A stretch of DNA of 55,095 bases. Origin: Trichosphaerium sp. ATCC 40318. Taxonomy: Eukaryota; Protista; Tubulinea. Location of the stretch: contig JALMLS010000192.1 in the NCBI GenBank assembly GCA_038496445.1, forward strand, positions 1 through 55,095, given 5' to 3'. Made by a program: the position numbers and the translations under genes. Below are positions 46,401 to 55,095 of the stretch, piece after piece; the first letter of the stretch is position 1, and each line of letters begins with the position of its first letter. The notes beneath the pieces are model-generated. The model saw only the letters and a program-made list of their open reading frames with translations, was not told the origin of the DNA and searched no databases.

Positions 46401-48467
46401 CCTACAACTGCAGCGCCTACTACTGAGGCTCCAACAACTGAGGCTCCTACAACTGTAGCACCTACTACTGACGCTCCAACTACAGAAGCACCAACTACTG
46501 ATGCACCTACCACTGAAGCTCCTACAACTGTAGCGCCTGCTACTGAAGCCCCTACTACGGAGGCTCCAACTACAGGAGCCTACAACCGAAGCTCCTACCA
46601 CAGAGGCTCCTACAACTGAGGCGCCAACAACTGAAGCCCCAAAGACTGAAGCTCCAACTACTGCTGCTCCTACCACGGATGCACCTACAACCGAAGCTCC
46701 AACGACAGAAGCACCAACTACAGAGGTTCCAACAGCATTGGCGCCAACTACTGAGGCGCCAACAACATTGGCGCCAACGACAGAGGCACCAACAACTGAA
46801 GCACCTACAACTGTAGCGCCTACCACTGAAGCTCCTACAACTGTAGCACCTACTACATTGGCGCCTACTACGGAGGTTCCCATGACTGAGGCGCCAACTA
46901 CAGTAGTCGTACGACTGAAGCTCAACCACAGATGCACCTACAACTGAGGCACCAACAACTGAGGCTCCAAGCACTGTAGCGCCTACTACAGATGCACCAA
47001 CAACTGATGCACCAATGACATGCTCCAACAACTGAAGCCCCAACAACTGAAGCTCCAACAACAGAAGCACCAACGACTGAGGCTCCAACTGCAGAAGCAC
47101 CTACAACTGTAGCACCAACAAGTGGTACTTTGTATTTTATTCTAAAGCAACTAACTTTCTTTGTAGATGCTCCTACAACTGAAGCGCCTACGACACAACC
47201 ACCAACAACGGAGACACCAACTACAGAAGCCAACTGAAGCACCAACAACTGAAGCTCCAACAACTGAAGCGCCAACCACTGAAGCTCCAACTACAAACGC
47301 TCCAACAACGGAGGCTCCAACTACAGAAGCGCCAACCACTGAGGCACCAACAACTGAGGCACCAACAACTGTAGCACCTACTACAGCAGCTCCAACAACA
47401 GAAGCCCCAACAACTGTTGCGCCAACAACCGAAGCAACTACTGAAGCCCCTACTACAGAATCGCCTACAACTGATGCACCAACAACAGAGTCACCAACTA
47501 CAGCTACTCCTACAACAGCAGCACCAACAACTGAAGCTCCTACCACTGCAACCCCCTACAACTGTAGCTCCTACAACTGACGCTCCAACTACAGAGGCTC
47601 CTACAACTAACGCTCCAACTATGGAAGCACCAACAACTAACGCTCCAACTACTGATGCTCCTACAACTGAAACACCTACTACTGACGCTCCAAATACTGA
47701 AGCACCAACTACAGAGGCTCCTACAACTGTAGCACCAACAACTGAAGTGCCAACAACTGAAGCTCCAACCACAGATGCACCTACTACTGAAGCACCAACA
47801 ACCGTAGCACCAACTACAGATGCTCCAACCACCGAATCGCCAACTACTGAGGCTCCAACAACTGAACCACCTACAACAGATGTGCCTACGACTGAAGCTC
47901 CAACTACTGAAGCACCTACAACTGTAGCACCAACAAGTGGTACTTTATATTTTACTTTCTAAAGCAACTAACTTTCTTTGTAGATGCACCAACTACAGAA
48001 TCGCCTACAAGCACCAACAACAGAGGCTCCAACCACAGAGGTTCCTACAACTGAAGCTCCTACAAGTGAGCACCAACTATAGTAGCTCTTACAACGGAAG
48101 CCTCAACTACAATGGTACTTGAGTGATTAATTGGACATTACTATCATCTTTTTCAACTTAACAGTATTAGAACCAGCAACCGAAGCTCCAACAACAGATG
48201 TGCCAACCACAGTAGCACCAATTACAGATGCTCCTACAACTGAAGCTCCTACTAAATCTCCAACTACAAAGGCTCAATAAATGGTACTTCCTACTTTACT
48301 TTCTAGAACTAACTTTATTTACGGAGGCAACTACAATAGTACCTTCAAGTGCTTCATCAACTGCTGAGGTACCTTGTACAGATGCATCTACAACTGATAC
48401 TTGGCTTCAAATAAATAAACTACACCAAAGACGCCTACTGCATCCAAAGAAGCTCCAAGGCTTTTGA
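43480..48467 (+). CDS. Large mucin-like protein with (TTEAP)n repeats and a Cys/Trp-containing N-terminal region; many frameshifts, boundaries uncertain
   Basis: About 3 kb of ACN-ACN-GAR-GCN-CCN repeats interrupted by phase-1 GTACT...TAG introns (45246-45288, 45717-45760, 46273-46320, 47125-47166, 47940-47983, 48115-48170). The upstream exons are only partly resolvable. Confidence 0.6.
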
Positions 48468-48984
48468 AGGCACTATTTTTATGGCTGCTAAAAAAGCAAT
48501 TTTGACACGCTAATTAAGATGATGCCGAAGATGGGTGTATTTATGTATTGTTTTAAGTGTAATTGTATATTTACATACTCGTTGGAGCCCTTTGTACATG
48601 GGCACCCAATATGGAAAGTGTGTTGGACGTGTAACATTGTGAACACGAAAAAAACGCTGCTCAATTTGTTTAAGATTGTGTACGAAAATAGGAGCGCTAT
48701 GGACCAGTTAACATAGTCGCCTGGGTGTGGAGAGCAGGTTTAGACAAGTTTTAGACCAATTACTAAGACTGGCGACTATTCAGCGCATGAGATATATGTG
48801 AAGAAAAAGACAAAGTCCCGGTGATGGATTGAGAAGAATCAAATTATTTATTTCTGAAATTTATCTGATCGTTTTTTTATTGTTTTCATAGTCACAGTGA
48901 AATGTGGTTGATTACAATATCTCTAGCTGTTCATGTCCGTGAAACTGCTTCGAAAAAAGATGTCACTTTGGAGAACGTAATTTT

Positions 48985-49152
48985 TGCCTTTATGCGGAAA
49001 CCTTCTGCTCCTTGCGACCGTAGGGCTGCGTTAAAGGGCGAGTTGAAGTTGAAAGCGTTTTGTTACTCTAAACTTGTTTAAAACTGCGTTTGTGGAAACC
49101 ATCTGCTTTTTTGCGACCGTAGGGCCGCATTAAGGGCGAGTTGATGTCGAAA
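48985..49152 (+). repeat. Two diverged direct copies of a ~62-bp GC-rich hairpin-forming unit
   Basis: TGCGGAAACCTTCTGC...TTGCGACCGTAGGGCTGCG (~48993) and TGTGGAAACCATCTGC...TTGCGACCGTAGGGCCGCA (~49090). Confidence 0.75.
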
Positions 49153-49333
49153 ACTGTCGTTGGTATCAAGTTGGCAAATCTTTCTTTATTTTTGGTTTTA
49201 ATCACTAACAGCGTGTGCCAGGCTGCTACTATGGAGATTTTACGCGGTTTAATAACCCAAAACGATGATTTAAAAGGTATAAAAGTGAGATGATGTTGTA
49301 GTTTCGCTTAAGTGGCAAACTATTTAAGATCAA

Positions 49334-49377
49334 ATTAAGTCATCCCCAGACACTAAACAATAAACAACAACAACAAC
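49334..49377 (+). mobile_element. 44-bp 5'-truncated retroposon stub with an (AAC)n tail and 16-bp TSD
   Basis: AACTATTTAAGATCAA at 49318-49333 and 49378-49393 flanks a segment ending AATAAACAACAACAACAAC. Confidence 0.65.
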
Positions 49378-51329
49378 AACTATTTAAGATCAAGCTCAGG
49401 AGACGTGATACGCTGCTTATCGATCAGTTAGTCCTAGTAAGCGAATCATACGTCAATGGCCACTAAACGGAAGGTGTAAAAAACCTTTACAAACAGATAT
49501 CTTAAAACCTTACATATTTGCGTTTAACACTTGGTTTTTATACCGAGGCTGTGGTATGCGTATAAACATAAATAAAGCCGACATTGTAACAAGCTAACGC
49601 CTGAATGAAGTAATACCACTGTTGGTTTCTGTTACGTGCCCAGTTGCATGTGTGAAGCAACGACTTGCGACAAAACGCCCTTTCGCTTTTTTTTTTGCTC
49701 AACTAACACCGTAGCAACCTCAGCACGCGTGTGTGACTATTAGACACAAAAAAAAAACCAACCAGTTCTGCAATAACATTAAACGCAATCTCAACACTGT
49801 ATATGCGTGCACCGTGAGCGTTGTAACCCTAAAACAAAATGGGACAAAATAACAAGTGGTTTTGAGTGAGAATCTTAAAAGAAGGATCACTCGGTGCTGT
49901 CTAGTTAGAGCGCTGTGCTACTGAAAAAGATAAGAAGTTGTGCAAGAAATTAAATTAACGTTACCTTTGTTGTATAGACGCCAGTAGAGTATGGGCGATG
50001 GAGAAAAGAACAAAAACCACAACGGAGCTGCACGAGGTAACAGTAAACCCTTATCACCTACGAATGGGATACCTCTACAATAAAAGCCAAACAAAGTTCA
50101 AGCTAATACTCCTGTGTTGTTGCAGCTTAGGTCTTCCTCCACAAGAAGCATAGTCATGACTTTTCTTTAACGGTAGTTTTTTTTTTTGGTAGACTTTCAT
50201 TTTTATGCTAGGTTCGTTCAGTTGCAGGTACACACGTTAAATTAGGCATAATGCAGATTGTGCCGTTAAACTTGGACAAACAAGGTAGTTAGACTTGAGT
50301 TGCACAGAGATCAAAAGCTGTATTGTTTACATTGACTGTGACGCGACTGTATAGTCCGTATTGTTATCCTTGCTCTCTTTGTTGCAAAAACTCAAAATAA
50401 TGCTACCGTAGCATCACCTACGTGCAGCGATGCCAAAATACAGTTTTTGCACTGTTTTTTAAAACATTTGGCAGTGGCCACCTATGTCGTCTTTTCTTTG
50501 AAAGTCTAGCTATACGTTCTCCAGGATTAATCATGGATAAGATCTCACGTCCATCTGCTATACGCGAAAAAGCGTATGCATGTGAAGTTTGACTGGACAT
50601 TCTGAAGTAAATTGATCCTTCAGTAAGAGGTTTACAACTCTTTCTTAATGCTTTGGTCTCCACGTGATTTTACAGCGCCTGTGAATAATATATTCCTTAT
50701 TGGATGCTATTGGAGTTCGTGTTGGAGTCGTCGTGAATACTAATAGTACAAGGGTCCATACAGAGAAAAACACTAGCTTTTTGTCCCCTTCAAGTCACTT
50801 TCAATGTGACGTCATACTATAGTAGTGTCTGTTGTTACAGTCAAAGACCTTGTGCTATGAGTATAAATTGAATTTGTTCTCACCCAATCCGTTTTGCGAA
50901 CGCCATCTTCAAAGGTGTTAAGGCGAATACAACATCAAAAAACCAAGAAGCACGATATCAACAAAAATCTTCTCCTTTTCTAAAACTAGCTATATTATAG
51001 ACCTCTAAAACACCCCAAGAGCTAAAGTTGGAGTACATCTCTGGAACACAACCTCACAGGAGTCTCAGTACTTACCACCGACGGCAGTGTTAAAGACAGA
51101 GTAGCTACTGGCGCAGTCGTTGGATGATATATAAGACAGTATGCTGACTCAAACGGTTCTGAACTCGAGGCTATTGAGATACAGTACATAATCTGAATCT
51201 CCCATTTTATTGCCACAGATTCTTTTAATTCAAAAAATTGGGTCGTGCTATTAATTAAACAAAAATTAGCAGTGCCAGATCTTGTCACTTTCGCTAGTTC
51301 TTGTAAGTTCCGTCAAGACAGTTAAAAAA

Positions 51330-52950
51330 TTGAAGGTCCTGTGCTCTGTTTCCAGCTTTATCAACAGCGTCAATATCGGCATTGGCTTTGACTAAAATTG
51401 ATCGATTTTATTGAATCCCATTAGTGCTAAATAGTAACATGAATAACATGTATTTTACCTTGTTGTGTGATATTGCCTGTCCAAATCAAATCTGTCTTTC
51501 CACATACATTCACAGCCTCAATGTTGGCATTGACATGGATTAACATGGTACGATTTCAATTAGGTTGTCACCTTCTAGTACTGAAAAAAAATAATAGTGT
51601 GAGCTCTCAGGTTGTATTTAATGTATGATACTACCGGCATTAAGCAAAGCTGTGTTTCCATGTGCATCAACATTTAGTTTAGCGTTGATACAACTTTGTC
51701 AAATCCGAAAAATGCTAGTTTATTGATCTAATACAATCAAAGACCATCAAATTGATGACTCAATATGTATGATCTGGTGATATTACTTGCATTAACCAAA
51801 GCTGTGTTTCCACTTTGATTTATCAACAGCATCAATATTGGCATTGGCATTAATTAGCATTGATACACCTTCATTGTGTCCTTTTAGTGCTAAATAGTAG
51901 AATGAGATATGTACATGTTGTATCTCATCATATCATGTTACCTGCACAAATTAAACCTGTATTTCAATGTTTATCAACTGATCGATTAGAATTGATACAA
52001 TTTTGTCCATATCGTGCTAAATAATAGTGAGCGACTTGTATTGCTCTCATCATACGGAATACCTGCACGTATCAAACCTGTATCACCAGCTACATTAAAA
52101 GCATCAATGTTGGATAGCTAGCTTTTTTGTGAAGATATCCAACTAAGCAGTTGTGACCTTATTGTTCTATTGGTACAAATGAAGACTAATTTTTATCTTA
52201 CCTTACTAATACTATTTGTAGCCACAGTTTGATTCAAGTCTGGTTAACAGTATAATCGCACTATTTCAAAGACGTGCGTTTCTTACCTAAGGTTTAGTTA
52301 CTTAATTGGGCGTTAGGTGATGAAGTTACTAGAGTTAAACTAGTTAAAGTTGTTAACTATCTGGCCCAAGGTGTACCATGTACAGTGGTGTACGTATTAG
52401 CTTAACATCTACAAAGGTGCTTACTGAATTGTACTTTTAGCATGTTTGTAAAAAGTGGTATCATTCGTGTGCTTTGTGTGATATGTTATTGACTGATGCA
52501 TTTTAGTATAACGAACCAATTTATAAGTTTGCCTTTATTCGTGACGTCCTCACAGCCTTGGAGAGTATTTTGAACGTGGGTGATAGTATACCTGTACTTT
52601 CTTTTTTCTGATTCTATAGTTAATACTGTTTTACATAGAATCAACTGCTATGTATTTCAGTTTGATGCTGATTGCATCCTTAAAATCAAGTACGTTTATT
52701 CTCATGTATGAATATACAAGCGATGTCTATGCGTGGTCTATCTCCGATCTGGCTTTGATTACCATTAACACAATATCGTTGTCTATTGCTCCTGTTTGTG
52801 CAGAGAGTAATGTGTGTAACAAGTTATATATATCTCATCTGTGACCTGCACAAACCAAAGCTGTACTTCCATATTTAGTACTGGCGTCAATATTGGCCTT
52901 GGCATTGATTAACACTGATACTATTTGGCTCTATTCTTCCCCTTGCTAAA
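51330..52950 (-). pseudogene. Degenerate ankyrin exon/intron cassette array (about 7 units) related to 36599-37603
   Basis: Units such as ALKGHNEGVSMLINANANIDAVDK carry indels. The intron at 51890-51941 matches the 52-nt array intron at 51 of 52 positions. Confidence 0.85.
52114..52709 (+). pseudogene. Inverted, intron-containing copy of an internal fragment (~13561-14226) of the EF-hand/ARM/PB1 gene, inserted into an ankyrin pseudo-exon
   Basis: For example, GTAGCCACAGTTTGATTCAAGTCTGGTTAACAGTATAATCGCAC is the reverse complement of ~14061-14104. The copy has several internal deletions. Confidence 0.9.
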
Positions 52951-53871
52951 TAACAATGTGAAACTGTGTATCCACCTTCATCAAATGCTTATACACTCGA
53001 CGAAGGCTTATGGTGTTAGAAGACATATTTCGCTTTAAAGCTGGGCAAAACTATTAGTTGGAAAAGCTGACATTACAGTCCCACAGATACCTTTTTCTTA
53101 ATGTAATGACAGGGTGGCGAGTCGGGTTAATGGGTGACATTTTTTTATTTCCCTGCTCTATAACGTGGGCTTACGAATACCCGAAAATAATCAATGTCAC
53201 TTCAAATCACGTAATGACGCATTAGATAATTCTGAATGATAACCAATTGTTACGATTTTTGTTTGCAACATCAAGAGGCCTAAAAATACTAGGGTCAATG
53301 GTATTGAATCTGAAAGAAATAACAATTGATGGTCAACTTAGCTTTATCAATCTTGAGTACTGCGCACAAAAATAAATCAGTATCTTTTGTCTTTGCATTC
53401 TCAATAATAAACAATGTATTTTTTTCGTACAGCTGGTGTGTAATTAATTAGATCTAGTTCCAACCTTGGAAAATCATATTTTGTACTATTTTCAAGCCAA
53501 GCTGAGATTACAAAGAACCTCTCTGGAACTGCATATGGCTATAAATTACAAAGTAAGAATGGTGTTACATACACAGTTTGGAAACCGCTTCAAGAATGAT
53601 TGAAGATAGCTTTCTCTGATCTCTTCAGGAGTTCTACCTGGTCTATCATCACGCCACATGACGTTAGTATAACAGACCGTTAGTATTAAGTAACATAATG
53701 ACAATACAAAGATGTTGACAACCTGGCGAAAAACCTGGTTCGCAAAAAAGAACGTGAGTTCCAGAAGTTAGTTTCAAAAAGATTCACTTTGTTGTTCGCA
53801 GTCTTTGACGTTTTCACACTTCCATATAACGTAATCACTCTTCAAAGAGTTATCCCCTCCATCACTAGCCT

Positions 53872-55095
53872 CTGTATTTAAAAGTACATGCAGTACATAA
53901 ATAAGAAAAAGAGAACCAAAGAATGTACTATAACTGCCATTGGTTGGCTAGCCAAAACCGAAATTAGTAGGTGAATAACGAGATAGTGTACAAGGACTAG
54001 ACAGGTTTTTTGATATAAGCGTGCTCGCTAATTCACGCCATCCATCTACTTATTTTGTATTATCTGGTAAAGTACTTGTACTGAAAGTAATTTTTTCCTG
54101 TTTTAATCCAGTTGTTCACAATTCTTTGTGTTAAAAAGTAGGAAATTGTATATTGTAGATTTTTTGATTTCGAAAAACATTATGAAAAACCTGAGTGGAG
54201 AAATTATTTTTATTGTCGGATTCTATGCACTCATACGTGTCACATTAGTGTGCAAAGAATCAGCATCAAAATCGGTCTGGTAAGCCAGAATTTTTACTTT
54301 TTTGTCGATTTTTTGCTTCAAAAACGAAGAACTTTTACATTCCAAAAAAATTGCAAATACGCGTATTGACATGTTGGTGTACTGTGTAAAAAATCAGAGC
54401 TGGACTTGACCATGGTTGCCATAAATGTTACCTTTCTTATTTTTTTCTGGAAATTTTATGAGGTAAAAGTTCTTCGTTTTTGAAGCAAAAAATCGACAAA
54501 AAAGTAAAAATTTCTGGCTTACCAGACCGATTTTGATGCTGATTCTTTGCACACTAATGCACACGTATGATAGAATCCGACAAAAAAATAATTTCTCCAC
54601 TCTGGTTATAAACGCATGTGTGTTTTTCGAGCACTAAAAAACTACTTTAGCTTGTAGAGTAAGTTGGAGTCGCCTTGGTACATGTAGGATCCTAAAACTA
54701 AAACCGTGAGCGGGCTTTAAGATGCTTTACAAGTAGAACAATAACCTTGTACATTTTGTATTGTGGTATTTCTTAGGTGAGGATTGTTATGACTTGTACT
54801 GGCACTCATACACGATTGTCCCATACAAATAAAAAGCCAGGAATGCATTTTACAATTAAGTAGAAACAAAGTTAATAAGAGGAGAAAACAACTTTGACTT
54901 ACAGATTAATTGATCTTTTAGAAGTGAATATATCTTGATTTACTCACATAGCTTATCTTGTTTTATTGTCAAGGAAGACATTTTTAACCCTGTTACATAT
55001 GTACCAACATGTTGGGTCAGTGTAAGGCATCAGTGAAAGTCGGCTCAACACTTTTTTTTTAAAACGCATTTCAATGAAAACCAAGAGGAGAAAAT
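53872..55095 (+). repeat. 1.2-kb dispersed duplication, copy 2 (runs off the window); palindrome arms ~54180-54338 and 54463-54611 with the spacer inverted relative to copy 1
   Basis: The flanks are collinear with 32394-33627. Spacer 54339-54462 is the reverse complement of ~32858-32979. Confidence 0.9.

Noticed and set aside
45409-47832. Minus-strand (VVGAS)n and Cys/Trp-rich ORFs; likewise 3275-3550 and 8257-8694
   Set aside because: These are antisense or alternative frames of Thr/Pro repeats. Intron orientation shows the Thr/Pro strand is the coding one.
50418-51288. ORFs 50418-50663 and 51022-51288
   Set aside because: Non-ATG starts and no recognisable domain. They may be decayed downstream exons of the ankyrin pseudogene, but I cannot support that.
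54394-54600. 68-aa ORF in the palindrome
   Set aside because: It lies in a non-coding inverted repeat, is not preserved in the other copy and has no recognisable motif.

Overview
AT-rich eukaryotic nuclear DNA from a protist, probably an amoebozoan (inferred from gene content, not proven). Genes are densely split by tiny GT-AG introns, mostly about 35-60 nt, so the ORF track fragments them. Housekeeping genes are UBE2C, MROH1/HEATR7A, a mitochondrial mS38/COX24-like gene, a BTB protein, an EF-hand/ARM/PB1/EF-hand protein and a frameshifted divergent actin. They are mixed with accessory DNA: an inverted pair of GPI-type surface proteins, a tandem pair of small membrane proteins, a (TTEAP)n mucin, a full-length non-LTR retrotransposon with a 19-bp TSD, and a 1.2-kb duplication carrying a long palindrome whose loop is flipped between copies. 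The most notable feature is an ankyrin-PARP gene (34045-37740, minus). Each ankyrin repeat is one 99-nt phase-1 exon. Five of the six separating 52-nt introns are identical, while the exons vary mainly at ligand-binding positions. A degenerate array of related cassettes lies about 14 kb away. This is a candidate exon-shuffling system for diversifying a receptor-effector protein. All alignments and counts were done by eye.
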